A stretch of 64,000 bases of DNA from a bacterium (lineage in GTDB: Bacteria; SAR324; NAC60-12): assembly GCA_965205865.1 (NCBI GenBank), contig CBDBHR010000026.1:192001-256000 (forward strand), in the 5' to 3' direction. Below the pieces are notes generated by a model. That model was given only the letters and a program-made list of their open reading frames with translations, did not search any database and was not told the origin of the DNA. Shown here piece by piece: positions 11,487-21,904 of the stretch. Position numbers and translations under genes: made by a program. Each line of letters begins with the position of its first letter. Positions within the stretch are counted from its first letter, which is position 1.

Positions 11487-11667
11487 TCGAATGCCGCCGG
11501 TTCTTTTCATAGACAATCAGAGCTCATTAATTGACAATTAATGACTTGTCAAGCAGTAGGGTATCCCCTACATTAGAGCAAATTCATAGCCATTGGGTTT
11601 CCTCCTTCCCGATCACTCTCACTTGATGTTGTCAATCAATTCTTTCCATTTTTTTCAAAAAGGCACC

Positions 11668-13008
11668 ATGAAACGGATTTTATTTACTATGTTAACCACA
11701 GTTCTTCTTGCCGTTCCTGTCAGCGCAGTCGATCAAAAGGAACCGACCGAAGGACTGTATATTGAAATGAAAACCAACAAAGGCACGATCCTGCTCAAAC
11801 TCTATTACAAAAGAACCCCCAACACCGTCGCCAACTTTGTTGGACTGGCCGAAGGAAGCAAAGCTTGGAAAGACCCGATCACGGGAGCATCCAGGAAATC
11901 AAAATTTTATGATGGACTGTCTTTCCATCGTGTCATCGCAGACTTTATGATTCAAGGGGGCGATCCCTTGGGCACCGGAAGGGGAGGTCCCGGATTTCGC
12001 TTTGCAGACGAATTCCATGCGGAACTCCGCCATGATAAAGCGGGGGTCCTTTCCATGGCCAATTCAGGCCCGAATACAAACGGCAGTCAGTTTTTCATCA
12101 CTCACAAAGCCACACCTTGGTTGGATGACAAACATTCGGTATTCGGTCAGGTGGTAGCAGGGTTGGATGTGGTCAATAACATTCAACAGGAAGACACGAT
12201 CGAGCAAATCCTCGTTGTCCGCAAAGGCAAGGAAGCCGAGGAATTCGATGTGGCGCTGATGGTAGAACAAGCCCTGGAAGTCGAAAGAAAGAAATCAGAA
12301 AAAAAACGCAAAATCGTGCCACGGGCAACGGGCAAAATAGACCCTTCCCGGGTACCAGGCGAGCAACAGGCAGCTGCTGAAGAAGTGAGTGTGGAATTCA
12401 TGGTGATTGCTTATAAAGGAGTACGCAGTGCGAATCCGGATATCTATTATGAGAAAAAAGGCGCACTCACAGTGGCAGAGCAAATCACGGATTTGGCACG
12501 CAGGGGAGGCGTCGATTTTTCAACGCTGATCGAGCAATTCTCTGACCTTCCCCAGCAAACCAGGATCCCCAACGTTCGAGACGATCCCGGGGTTCCTGCT
12601 TTTCTTAAGACAGCCCTCACTTTGAAAGTCGGTCAAATCAGTGATCCCATCGATTCTCCCTTCGGATACCTCATCTTGAAACGGGTTGAACTACAATTCG
12701 TAGAGGCACGTCACATTTTGATTTCCTTCCAGGGGGCGGAGCGTTCTCAACAAACACGCGGCAAAGATGAAGCGCGAGAAATCGCCAAGACGATGCTCCA
12801 CCAGTTGCAGCAGGGAGAAGACTTCGCAGAACTGGCCAAGGCGCATTCAGATGGCCCTTCCGGTCCCAAAGGAGGAGACCTGGGACGTTTTTCTCGAGGG
12901 GCGATGGTACCTGCATTCGACAAGGTGGTTTTCGCCTTGAATCCTGGAGAAATCAGCGAGATTGTGGAAACCCCTTTTGGATTTCATCTCATCAAGCGCG
13001 AAAAATAG
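11668..13008 (+). CDS. Secreted peptidyl-prolyl isomerase: cyclophilin domain plus two parvulin-like domains
   Basis: [15 protein letters not shown] and [18 protein letters not shown] (cyclophilin); ARHILI...[14 protein letters not shown]...ETPFGFHLI (parvulin). Confidence 0.92.
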   Translation: MKRILFTMLTTVLLAVPVSAVDQKEPTEGLYIEMKTNKGTILLKLYYKRTPNTVANFVGLAEGSKAWKDPITGASRKSKFYDGLSFHRVIADFMIQGGDPLGTGRGGPGFRFADEFHAELRHDKAGVLSMANSGPNTNGSQFFITHKATPWLDDKHSVFGQVVAGLDVVNNIQQEDTIEQILVVRKGKEAEEFDVALMVEQALEVERKKSEKKRKIVPRATGKIDPSRVPGEQQAAAEEVSVEFMVIAYKGVRSANPDIYYEKKGALTVAEQITDLARRGGVDFSTLIEQFSDLPQQTRIPNVRDDPGVPAFLKTALTLKVGQISDPIDSPFGYLILKRVELQFVEARHILISFQGAERSQQTRGKDEAREIAKTMLHQLQQGEDFAELAKAHSDGPSGPKGGDLGRFSRGAMVPAFDKVVFALNPGEISEIVETPFGFHLIKREK

Positions 13009-13014
13009 GGATCG

Positions 13015-14655
13015 ATGAGCTCAGCGCAATTGGCAGAAAAATTTCGAGGCAGGAGACCCCTCATTCATATTGTGCTCGATGGCTGGGGCCTGGGACCTAC
13101 TGGTGACTACAATGCAATTGCCCAGGCCAATACTCCGGTGATGGATTATTTACTGCAAAACTTTCCCCACACCAAACTCATGGCGCACGGGATTCATGTC
13201 GGCCTGCCAGGAGAAAAGGATCTGGGTGGTTCCGAAGTGGGACACATGACGATGGGAGCCGGCATGATCCTGGAGCAGGGGCCTACTTACATCAAACAGT
13301 TGATTGATAGCGGGGAGTTTCAAAAAAGTCCGGTTTTGCAGAAACTATTCCGGCATTGTCTGCAACACCAGAGCCCTCTGCATTTGATCGGGCTGCTCTC
13401 TGATGGAAACATCCACAGTCATATTGATCATTTCATTGCAGTCATTCACCATGCATTTGCGGTCGGCATCGAACGACTCTATGCGCATGTTCTTCTGGAT
13501 GGCAGAGATACTCCCATCCAATCTGCTCTGCAATACATAAAGAAATTGGAAGAGATCTTTCATACTTTAAAACAACAACGGCCGGGAATCGATTATACTT
13601 TCGCCAGTGGGGGAGGGCGTGAAACGATCACGATGGACCGGGATGCCAATTGGAAGAAAATTGAAGCGGGATGGCACGTGCATGTGCGAGGAGAAAGTGC
13701 GAATCGTTTTGAATCGATTGAACAGGCCATCCAACATTTTCGCAACAAACAGCCCGACATTATGGATCAGGATCTTCCCGCTTTTGTTCTGGTTCGTAAC
13801 AACCGATCGATAGGCGTGATCAAGGATCACCATTCCGTTATTTTTATGAATTTTCGGGCAGATCGAGCCCTGCAATTCACCCACGCGATGCTTGATGAGG
13901 AGTTTTCCCATTTTGACCGCAACCCCTGTCCTCAGGTCCTTTATGCGGGGATGACAGTCTATGATCAGGAAATCCAATTCCCGGAAAACTTTATTGTGGG
14001 GCCGACTCTGGTGGAAAACCCCTTTGGCAAGCGAATTTTGGAATCGGGGCTCAAACAGTTCCGACTGACGGAAACACAGAAATTCCCCCATGTTACTTTT
14101 TTTTACAATGGAGGCTATCGCAATCCTTTGGATCCTCAGGCAGAAATATATCAGTTGATTGCTTCTGACAAGATTGCTTCGTTTTCTCTTGCGCCTGCCA
14201 TGAAGGCGGCAGAAATCCAACAACAAGCAGTGGCTTTCATCAATGCGCGGCGATTCGACTACGGATTGGTCAATTTTGCCAATGCGGATATGGTCGGACA
14301 CACAGCGAACCGGGAAGCTACTATTGCTGCAATCGAGACCATTGACTGGGCTTTGGGAGAAATTGTGAAAGCCATCAAACAAACTGCTGGCTTGCTGGTC
14401 ATCACCGCGGACCATGGGAACGCGGATCAGATGCGTTCCTTCAACAGTGAAAAAAAGATTTGGGAACCCGATGCCAAACATTCACTCAATCCTGTCCCTT
14501 TTATCATTTACGACCCTTTTTACAATCATGATTATCGTCTTAAATCCTTGACGGAATCAGAGGAACTCAATCTCAGTCAGATTGCGGCAACCAATTTCAT
14601 TCTATTGGGAAGAGCGGCGCCATCTGATATCAATGATTCCCTCTTTCAATTTTGA
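13015..14655 (+). CDS. gpmI: 2,3-bisphosphoglycerate-independent phosphoglycerate mutase
   Basis: VLDGWG, GGSEVGH, LDGRDT, NFANADMVGHT, TADHGNAD. Confidence 0.95.
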   Translation: MSSAQLAEKFRGRRPLIHIVLDGWGLGPTGDYNAIAQANTPVMDYLLQNFPHTKLMAHGIHVGLPGEKDLGGSEVGHMTMGAGMILEQGPTYIKQLIDSGEFQKSPVLQKLFRHCLQHQSPLHLIGLLSDGNIHSHIDHFIAVIHHAFAVGIERLYAHVLLDGRDTPIQSALQYIKKLEEIFHTLKQQRPGIDYTFASGGGRETITMDRDANWKKIEAGWHVHVRGESANRFESIEQAIQHFRNKQPDIMDQDLPAFVLVRNNRSIGVIKDHHSVIFMNFRADRALQFTHAMLDEEFSHFDRNPCPQVLYAGMTVYDQEIQFPENFIVGPTLVENPFGKRILESGLKQFRLTETQKFPHVTFFYNGGYRNPLDPQAEIYQLIASDKIASFSLAPAMKAAEIQQQAVAFINARRFDYGLVNFANADMVGHTANREATIAAIETIDWALGEIVKAIKQTAGLLVITADHGNADQMRSFNSEKKIWEPDAKHSLNPVPFIIYDPFYNHDYRLKSLTESEELNLSQIAATNFILLGRAAPSDINDSLFQF

Positions 14656-14756
14656 ACGGAGACCCATCTGTCTCGCGGAATATCGAACCCCTCTCGAGCG
14701 GTCCCGCAGCGAAGGGATGGCGCTAAGCGAACATCTTGAAAAGGAGCCTGAAATCG

Positions 14757-16130
14757 ATGACAACTATTTTGTGTATTGGAGCGGGTTATGTGGGTGGACC
14801 CACCATGGCCATGTTTGCCAAGCATTGCCCCGAGCATCGCATCACAGTTGTCGACATCAACACAAAACGCATCAAGCAGTGGAATTCGGATAAACTTCCA
14901 ATTTATGAACCCGGATTGTGGGAAGTGGTCCGGCAAGTGCGGGGACGCAATTTGTTTTTCAGTACAGACATTCCCAATGGAATTGCGGAGGCCGACATCA
15001 TATTTGTAGCCATCAACACGCCAATTAAAACATATGGGGAAGGAGCGGGGCGCAGCACCGATCTGCAATATTGGGAAAAGACGGCGCGGGTCATTCTATC
15101 AAACGCGACCAAACCCCGCCTCATTGTCGTGGAAAAAAGCACACTGCCGGTGCGAGCTGCCGCTGCTATGGCTCGTATTTTACATTCTGTTAGTAATTCT
15201 ACGCATTTCGAAGTGATCTCCAATCCGGAATTTCTGGCAGAGGGCACTGCAATCAAGGATTTGAAAAATCCGGACCGCGTGCTGATTGGAGGGCGTAACG
15301 ACGAATCCGGCAGAAAGGCCTGTGAGGTATTGGCAGATCTCTATGCCCACTGGGTACCACGGGAAAAAATTCTGCTGACCAATGTCTGGAGTAGTGAATT
15401 GTCCAAATTGTTCGCCAATGCCATGCTGGCTCAAAGAATATCATCCATCAATAGCATGACGGCCTTGTGTGAAAAAACAGGAGCCGACATCTCAGAAGTG
15501 AGTCATGCAATTGGCATGGATAAGCGCATCGGTCCCCATTTCCTGCAAGCCAGTGTTGGTTTCGGTGGTTCCTGCTTTCGAAAAGACATCTTGCAATTGG
15601 CCTACTTATGCGAACGATTCGGACTTCCGGAAGTCGCCCAATACTGGGAAAGTGTGGTTCGCATGAATGACTACCAAATCAACCGCTTCTTTAAAATGAT
15701 TTTAAGTAATCAGTTCAACACGCTGGTAAATAAAAAAGTGGCAATCTTCGGATTTGCCTTCAAACCGGACACAGGGGACACGCGGGACACCCCGGCTCTG
15801 CCGATTTGCCTCAAATTACTGGCGGAACAGGCATCAATCAGCATAACTGATCCCAGAGCACTGGAAAACGCGCGAAGCGATTTGCAAGGGGTTGAGGGGA
15901 ATCTCGAGTTTGAGGAAGATCCTTACAAAGCTGTGACAGGAGCCCATTCGCTCGTTTTGATCACCCATTGGCAGGAATATCAGCAATTGGATTATCAACG
16001 CATTTTTCAGTCCATGATCTCCCCCGCATTTGTATTTGATGGCCGTAACCAGCTGGATCACTCGGCATTGTTCGAGATCGGATTCAACGTCTACCCTCTG
16101 GGAAAACCGGCACTGAGTCATTTTGATTGA
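14757..16130 (+). CDS. ugd: UDP-glucose 6-dehydrogenase
   Basis: CIGAGYVGGPT, NPEFLAEG, GFGGSCFRKD, FAFKPDTGDTR. Confidence 0.93.
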   Translation: MTTILCIGAGYVGGPTMAMFAKHCPEHRITVVDINTKRIKQWNSDKLPIYEPGLWEVVRQVRGRNLFFSTDIPNGIAEADIIFVAINTPIKTYGEGAGRSTDLQYWEKTARVILSNATKPRLIVVEKSTLPVRAAAAMARILHSVSNSTHFEVISNPEFLAEGTAIKDLKNPDRVLIGGRNDESGRKACEVLADLYAHWVPREKILLTNVWSSELSKLFANAMLAQRISSINSMTALCEKTGADISEVSHAIGMDKRIGPHFLQASVGFGGSCFRKDILQLAYLCERFGLPEVAQYWESVVRMNDYQINRFFKMILSNQFNTLVNKKVAIFGFAFKPDTGDTRDTPALPICLKLLAEQASISITDPRALENARSDLQGVEGNLEFEEDPYKAVTGAHSLVLITHWQEYQQLDYQRIFQSMISPAFVFDGRNQLDHSALFEIGFNVYPLGKPALSHFD

Positions 16131-16200
16131 TAATTTTTTGTTCCGTATGTCTTTAGGAACAAACCTTAAATAACTTGTAATTCTTCCAATGGTGTGAGCA

Positions 16201-16275
16201 AAATTGGGGGACATGTACACCGCTGCGCATCCCAACTCTACTGTTTTATGCCTGCTGTTACGTGTCCCCTAATTT
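16201..16275. repeat. Inverted repeat, REP/MITE-like hairpin
   Basis: aaattgggggacatgta ... tacgtgtcccctaattt. Confidence 0.55.
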
Positions 16276-16476
16276 TGCGTATCCATACTTCTAACTTATT
16301 TAAATTTCATTCCTTAGATGCTGCTAAAGAAGATAAGTGAAGGGCCGTCCCGCCCTCTGCTCCTTGCGTGAGACATCCACACAACAGGTAAAATAAAATT
16401 CTGAAAGTCTTTAGATACTGATAAAGATGCGCGATTTTGTTGCGCATTGTAAATTCTTTGAATTTAGGCAAACATC

Positions 16477-17622
16477 ATGAGTGTCTTTCAAGAAAATTTA
16501 AAAAAACTAAGTCCCAGCGATTGCCTCGTTTTGATACGGATTTTTGATCAGGGAGGTAAGTTGCTTTCTGTGATTCCCAACTTGCCGGGAAAACAAGGGG
16601 CGCTGCGAGTGTTTCACCACATCACGTCAAAGAGCGGTCGCCTTGACTTTGAACAGGCAAAAGAAGGGATTGGACTGTTTGGAGAACATGTGGAGAATGC
16701 CCGGATTCATCCCGAAAATCACCCCAACCTGGCTCTGTTGTTGCAGATGAAATCTTCCCGGTATTTGCAAATACAACGGGTGACGAGTCCCGTTTCCGGG
16801 TTATTGGAAACGATCTCAAAGCGCTGCGCTTCCACTTCAGATTGCGACGTCTTCACCGAATTGCTCAACCAGGGGACCGTACGCGCGGCAGAAAAAATCA
16901 ATGGGATCTGGCGAGCGCAAACTTATGTCATTGACGGCATTCTGAATTATTTTGCCACACACGGCAATGTGCGCCTGGAAGGGGCATATTGGGACAAAAT
17001 TCCTTTAAAAACCGCCAATCATTCTGACGAAGTTTTTGAGCAAGAAGGAGTCCGCTATGCGCCCGGTTCCATTGTTCGCACGGGGGCTTACATTGGTCCA
17101 CAAACTGTGATTATGAACCAGGCATTTGTCAATATTGGCGCCTACGTTGCCGGTGAGGGGGTGATGATCGATGGGGGTGCCCGGGTGGCGTCCTGCGCAC
17201 AAATAGGCAAAGGAGTCAAGTTTGGCGCAGGTTCCGGAATCGAAGGGGTATTGGAGCCGGCAGGCCGTCTTCCTTCCATTGTCGAAGATGGCGCAAAAAT
17301 TGGCGCCATGTGCGAAGTGTCAGGAATTATTGAAGAAGGGGCGGTCGTTGCCAGCGGTGTGGTAATGGCTTCTGGCAAGAAAATCTTCGATGAAGCAACA
17401 GGAGAGCTGGTTCCACCGCTGGAATGCGTAATTGGAGAACAAACTTTCCTGTTACCGGTTGTTCCCGCTTACCGTTTGGCAGTGGGTGGGTCTCTCCTCA
17501 GCGACGATGGGGGTCTGCAGAAACGGCGCTTTTCAACTGATGCTATCATTTTGAAGCCTGGTGACCTACGAGACTCCAGCACTTTGAAGCATTTTGAAAA
17601 ACAGGGAATCCTTTATGACTAG
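16477..17622 (+). CDS. dapD: Fusion of an N-terminal DUF2322-like domain to tetrahydrodipicolinate N-succinyltransferase DapD
   Basis: N-terminus ENLKKL...NLPGKQGALRVFHH...EGIGLFGEHVENARIHPENHPN resembles DUF2322; C-terminus DKIPLK, VNIGAYV, SCAQIGK, GVLEP is DapD-like. Confidence 0.78.
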   Translation: MSVFQENLKKLSPSDCLVLIRIFDQGGKLLSVIPNLPGKQGALRVFHHITSKSGRLDFEQAKEGIGLFGEHVENARIHPENHPNLALLLQMKSSRYLQIQRVTSPVSGLLETISKRCASTSDCDVFTELLNQGTVRAAEKINGIWRAQTYVIDGILNYFATHGNVRLEGAYWDKIPLKTANHSDEVFEQEGVRYAPGSIVRTGAYIGPQTVIMNQAFVNIGAYVAGEGVMIDGGARVASCAQIGKGVKFGAGSGIEGVLEPAGRLPSIVEDGAKIGAMCEVSGIIEEGAVVASGVVMASGKKIFDEATGELVPPLECVIGEQTFLLPVVPAYRLAVGGSLLSDDGGLQKRRFSTDAIILKPGDLRDSSTLKHFEKQGILYD

Positions 17623-17668
17623 CGCTTGAGTGGATACTTCATCATCCTCTGAAAAATAAAGAAATCAG

Positions 17669-17964
17669 GATCCGCTCACTTACGTGTTCAAGATCCGTGA
17701 CGGCGTGTTCTGGCACGACAAGGCGCTGCCTTGTTTGACGAGTACTACGAGAACATTCAGACCGCTACCACGGTAGAGGAGCAGCAGGAGTGGTTGCGGA
17801 AGGCCGACCTGCGCATCGCCGAGCAGTTATGGACGATCAGGGGGCCAGTTGTTCCCCTGTTCGGTGTCACCCAGCCCTGGCTCAAGGGCTACAACGGGGA
17901 AGGCGATCTTGGCTCCATGCAGAGGCCTACTATCTTCGCCCGCCTCTGGGTCGACAAGGAGTGA
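17669..17964 (+). pseudogene. Internally deleted family-5 ABC substrate-binding protein fragment
   Basis: DPLTYVFKIRDGVFWHDKA joined directly to the C-terminal QPWLKGYNGE...FARLWVD. Confidence 0.8.
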
Positions 17965-17984
17965 AGCAAGGATTGGGTTCTGAA

Positions 17985-18110
17985 CTGGATTCTGTCAGTT
18001 CGATGGATGCGGTTGGAGTCCATTTAGTTATCATCGCAATAACGGAGCTGCACTCCGGCGCAGCTCCGTCAGAAACCATGCGGTAGAGGCAATGAGAACA
18101 TACATCATCC
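17985..18110 (+). repeat. SBP-permease intergenic spacer plus the first codons of permease B; paralogous to 54213-54339
   Basis: ctggattctgtcagttcgatggatg...gcggtagaggcaatgagaacatacatcatcc occurs in both places. Confidence 0.8.
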
Positions 18111-18120
18111 ATGAAGTAAC

Positions 18121-18477
18121 TTAGAATCCATAAAATATTGAAAGAGCTGATACTGAAAATATCATATGGAGGAGGTTAACACAAAGCATAACCTGACACT
18201 GAGATTTCCTGAAAGATAACGCAGGAATGAGAGGGGGCTGGAACGGAGCGAAGCGCATTTGAATTTTGCTTGTGCGATACACACTAATGACCACAGGTGG
18301 TTTCTCGGTAAAATTTACAAAGACTCGGAGCAAATATTTTTTCTTATCAAAATTTACCTTCGATTGACAGACCGTTTCATCTATTTCTTGATTGTACTTC
18401 TGTGCAGGATTTTCGACAACTTTTAAAACCATCTCAATCGAGATCTCCCGCGGTCGAGACGACATCAAGGAGTACAA
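18121..18477 (-). pseudogene. DUF4258-like (toxin-type) gene, probably damaged
   Basis: VVENPAQK...YLLRVFVN...PPVVISVYRTSKI; unrelated tail after this motif. Confidence 0.55.
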
Positions 18478-18574
18478 CTTAACGGCCCATTACAGATAGT
18501 CTTTAAACGCTTCAATCAATCGCCTCCAATACGTGATCGCAAAAGGAGGGGGAATAGTTGTTTTTCTTTTCTGA

Positions 18575-19608
18575 GGGTTAAAGAATTTCTGCTGGTCTTT
18601 CGTTTTCCTTTGTGATAGTTTTCAAGAAATCGCCTTTTGCTGAAGGTTTTATTTCAATGTCGCTCCTATTTATTTAGCCGAAAGTCAGGTAAAACCTCAT
18701 ATCCTCACCAGAGGATTTTTAGAAACGGTCAACGGGGAATTGAACAGTGCCAAAAATGTTGACTTCTGTATCTCAATATGAAAAGTAATTTCGTTGATCT
18801 TTAGAAGACACTCATGAATGAATGAGTCGCCCTATTTAAAAAAAGTTTGACAACCATTTGCAGAGCGATTAAATATTATTCCAGGGACGGAAGGGCAATA
18901 ATGCGATCTTTCGATTTAACACATCGGCGGACCGTCAGGATGACAAGAAGGCCTAAAATTAACCTGTTTCAAGTATAAAAGAATCTTGACAGTAAGGTAG
19001 CTATGAGAGTAAACTCAAAATACCAGTTCCCAGTTCCCAGTTCCCAGTTCCCAGTTCCCAGTTCCCAGTTCCCAGTTCCCAGTTCCCAGTAATAAGTTCC
19101 AAGCAACAAGTCACAAGTCCCCAATCCCAAGTTCTACCTCCTTATATTATCTCGACATCAGGGAGAGATCCTTAAGAACCCTCGTTCCCCGTTCCGGGAA
19201 CGGAACGGCAATGGGGAATTTGGAAAATCAACGGCGCCTGAGTGCGTCGGTTTATGGTTCATTGCCCAATCCTGGAGGCAATGAATCGGTTTTTTGATCA
19301 CTTGAAAATGAAGGAGACCCAATGTGTAGAGCAATCGTCGAGAACCTGCTTTCGGGAACGAAAGCAGGTTTTAAAGCAACCCGCAATCTTGTTTTTAATC
19401 AAAAAGCAGAAAGGAGCACCATGAACCGTCAAAAAAGTAGAGGAATCGTCGAGAACGTGCTTTCAGGAACGAAAGCAGGTTTTAAAGCAATCCTTAATTT
19501 TGAACATGCAATCGAAAGGAAAAAGATGTTTAATCAAAAAGGCAGCTCAAAATTGAGCGCAACCCTGCTTGCTCTCATCCTGGGAGCAAGCGTCTTCATG
19601 GCAAGCAG
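18575..19608 (+). promoter_or_regulatory. Conserved ABC-module leader, copy A (promoters, heptamer tract, signal peptide start)
   Basis: Near-identical to 23510-24410; TTGACA-N18-TAAACT at 18986-19015; ends in LLALILGASVFMA coding sequence. Confidence 0.8.
19023..19090 (+). repeat. Heptamer tandem repeat (CCAGTTC)9
   Basis: Nine perfect units plus ccagt, followed by degenerate heptamers. Confidence 0.97.
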
Positions 19609-19769
19609 GTTATGGTGGTTTTGGTGTCAATATTTCTCTCATACCAGAGACCATTCAGTACATTAAAAAACAAGAAGAGCACCATCGAAAAATATCGTTT
19701 GAGGAAGAATTAGTCCAATTTCTCCGCAAGCATAATATTGAATATGATGAGCATTATATTTGGGAGTAA
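19598..19769 (+). pseudogene. IS200-like / REP-associated tyrosine transposase (RAYT), C-terminal fragment
   Basis: WQAGYGGFGV...YIKKQEEHHRKISFEEE...HNIEYDEHYIWE. Confidence 0.85.
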
Positions 19770-19788
19770 CTCGCTAGATCGAAGAAGT

Positions 19789-20019
19789 GTCGTCCCTCCT
19801 GGACTAGCTGAGGAGGAGAGGGGGTTCCTTTCCCAGCGATGAATCGCTGGGCTATTCCCTTTCGTCCCTCCTGGACTAGCTGAGGAGGAGAGGGTTCCAT
19901 TCCCAGCGATGAATCGCTGGGCTATTCCCTTTCGTCCCTCTGGGACTAGCTGAGGAGGAGAGGGGGTTCCATTCCCAGCGATGAATCGCTGGGCTATTCC
20001 CTTTCGTCCCTCCAGGACT
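19789..20019 (+). repeat. REP-like array, three ~70 bp units plus a terminal palindrome
   Basis: cgtccctcctggactagctgaggaggagaggg...cccagcgatgaatcgctgggctattcccttt repeated directly downstream of the RAYT fragment. Confidence 0.9.
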
Positions 20020-20041
20020 GAATTATAGAAAAATCAAGAAT

Positions 20042-20826
20042 ATGAACAACACCCAAGAGACACCCTCCTCCATCCATGAGCCCAAACGTCGGGGCCGGTT
20101 TGCGGATTTCTTCATCAGGCTGTGGAGGGAGAAACCGCTGGGGACCTTCGGCGGGATGATCGTATTGATCTTGATTTTTGTCGCGATCTTTGCCGATGCG
20201 CTGATGCCTTATCCCTATGACGAAATACACCTGATAGACCGGCTTCAGGGTCCATCTTCCGGTATCTCCTGGGGACCGACCAGTTGGGGCGAGACCTCCT
20301 GAGCCGCCTGATCGTCGGGGCTCAAATTTCCTTAACCGTCGGTCTGGCGGCAACCGCGCTCAATGTGTTCATGGCGATCCTGATCGGCAGCCTTTCCGGA
20401 TTTCTGGGAGGGAAAGTGGACCTGGCTGCGCAACGCTTCGTTGATGCCTGGATGGCCTTCCCGGGACTGCTCCTGTTGTTAACCATCATGTCCATCGCCG
20501 GGCGGGGTCTCCCCCAGATCATCGTGGTGCTGGGGGTCACCGGAGGCATCGGCGGCTCCCGAGTCATCCGAGGCGCCGTGGTGGCCATTAAAGAGAATGA
20601 CTATTTTCTGGCAGCCAGGGCCGTGCACTCCCACGCGCCATATCCTGATCCGGCTTGTCCTGCCCAATATCATGGCGCCCCTCATCATCATCTTCTCGAT
20701 CAACATTGGCGGCGTTATCATTGCCGAGGCATCGCTGAGCTTCCTCGGATTCGGGCTGCCCGTCGAGATACCCAGCTGGGGAGGCATGCTCAGCCGGGAA
20801 GGACGCCTGTACATGGAGAGTGCGCC
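20042..20826 (+). pseudogene. ABC permease C (OppC/DppC-like), frameshifted and truncated
   Basis: EKPLGTFGG, GRDLLSRLI, VLPNIMAPLII spread over three reading frames. Confidence 0.85.
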
Positions 20827-20827
20827 T

Positions 20828-21005
20828 GCAAGATTGCAGAACGGATCACTGGGCCGTCCCTTCGACCCTCCGGAAGTGTGGAGTGCTGGCGCGACCTATA
20901 ACAAAGACCTGAGCCAGGCGTCAGAAAATTACGTTAGGATCTATCAGGCAGAGCGCCCGATGCTTTTCTTCAAGGCAACGCCACAACGATGTATCGGCCC
21001 CTTCG
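20828..21005 (+). pseudogene. FAA hydrolase fragment with an internal deletion
   Basis: Matches parts of 51107-51985 (RPFDPPEVW...ERPMLFFKATPQRC). Confidence 0.85.
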
Positions 21006-21109
21006 AACAAACCTGTGATTGGTGCAATGAATTATAAATTTAGCAAAATTCTTGAATCGAAGCGGCTGTGGTGGGAATCTGTTGCATCGACTTGTTCGAG
21101 GCTTTTTCT

Positions 21110-21409
21110 TTAACTTGCCTTTGCTTCAAAATCTTCTGAATAAATTGAAGGAATATCTGAAATAACCAAATCCTCTCTTCCTACGCTCCTCAAGAGTCCT
21201 GAAATGGATAAATCTTCGTCTAATATAGGCCAATGCACTCCAATTCCATCGCTATCTATTTCAAAAATTTTCAAATGCTCTTCTTTCGCTTTTTGCAATA
21301 ATATTGATCCGGAATTTTCAAGAGGGACCCTAATATTTTCTCCTTTTATCATAAAAGAAATTTCTTCTGGAGTTACCATGAAATCCTGAATGTCATATAT
21401 TTTATTCAT
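21110..21409 (-). CDS. DUF2442 family protein (putative TA partner)
   Basis: GIGVHWPILDEDLSISGLL motif; abuts the DUF4160 gene. Confidence 0.8.
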   Translation of the reverse strand: MNKIYDIQDFMVTPEEISFMIKGENIRVPLENSGSILLQKAKEEHLKIFEIDSDGIGVHWPILDEDLSISGLLRSVGREDLVISDIPSIYSEDFEAKAS

Positions 21410-21670
21410 TTATCCTCTTTCCGTTTTTCTTTCAAATTCATTCCATGCCTCAATGATCATATCAAAGTGATCAAAGATAATTTTTCGTACTTCACGAATC
21501 TCGGATGGAGTCATACGTCGAGTATAAGCGGGTTTGATGTCATATTCATCAATTAATATCCAAAATTTACAGTTTGCGCTACCTTTTTTCCCATGAATAT
21601 GAATAGGTTCGTTTCCTTCATTGGCAAAGAAGAAAATTCGCCATCCCTTAATGCTGAATATTGTTGGCAT
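21410..21670 (-). CDS. DUF4160 family protein
   Basis: MPTI...GWRIFFFANEGNEPIHIH...KFW...IIEAWNE. Confidence 0.85.
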   Translation of the reverse strand: MPTIFSIKGWRIFFFANEGNEPIHIHGKKGSANCKFWILIDEYDIKPAYTRRMTPSEIREVRKIIFDHFDMIIEAWNEFERKTERG

Positions 21671-21722
21671 ATGCTTTGTCTTAATTCATAAATTATCTAA
21701 CTGTATGATGTCGGTTTTTCAC

Positions 21723-21847
21723 CTCGAACGTTTAGCTCACCCGCGCCCACCCGATAATGACCATTGGAATAGAGATGAACTGACAGTCTGCCACAAAACT
21801 TGGTGAAAAGCTCAAGGGTGGGCGTCCAGTGAACAGCCTGGTTAGCA
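21723..21847. other. Integron attC-like imperfect palindrome
   Basis: cgaac...ctcacccgcgcccaccc ... gggtgggcgtccagtgaacagcctggttag; AAC/GTT ends with complementary inner arms. Confidence 0.45.
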
Positions 21848-21904
21848 CTTTTTTTCTTGAATTATTACATGCGTGGCTGTCATGAGAAATGGAGGGAAAA
21901 GAGC

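Noticed and set aside
11380-11490. fabA repeat pair as a DGR template/variable repeat
   Set aside because: Too short, not all differences are at adenines, and the only RT in the window is a truncated group II intron type
11525-11543. Perfect palindrome cattaattg-a-caattaatg as a specific operator
   Set aside because: Real but single, AT-rich and not assignable to any regulator from sequence alone
16280-16476. Lysine riboswitch upstream of dapD
   Set aside because: I could not identify the conserved L-box elements; an Rfam scan would be needed
19242-19424. ORFs MRRFMVHCPILE... (also 24159-24437)
   Set aside because: They arise from the duplicated leader and differ in frame and length between copies
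19789-20019. Regular ~70 bp repeat array as a CRISPR
   Set aside because: Whole units are near-identical with no unique spacers, and they flank a RAYT remnant; a REP array fits better
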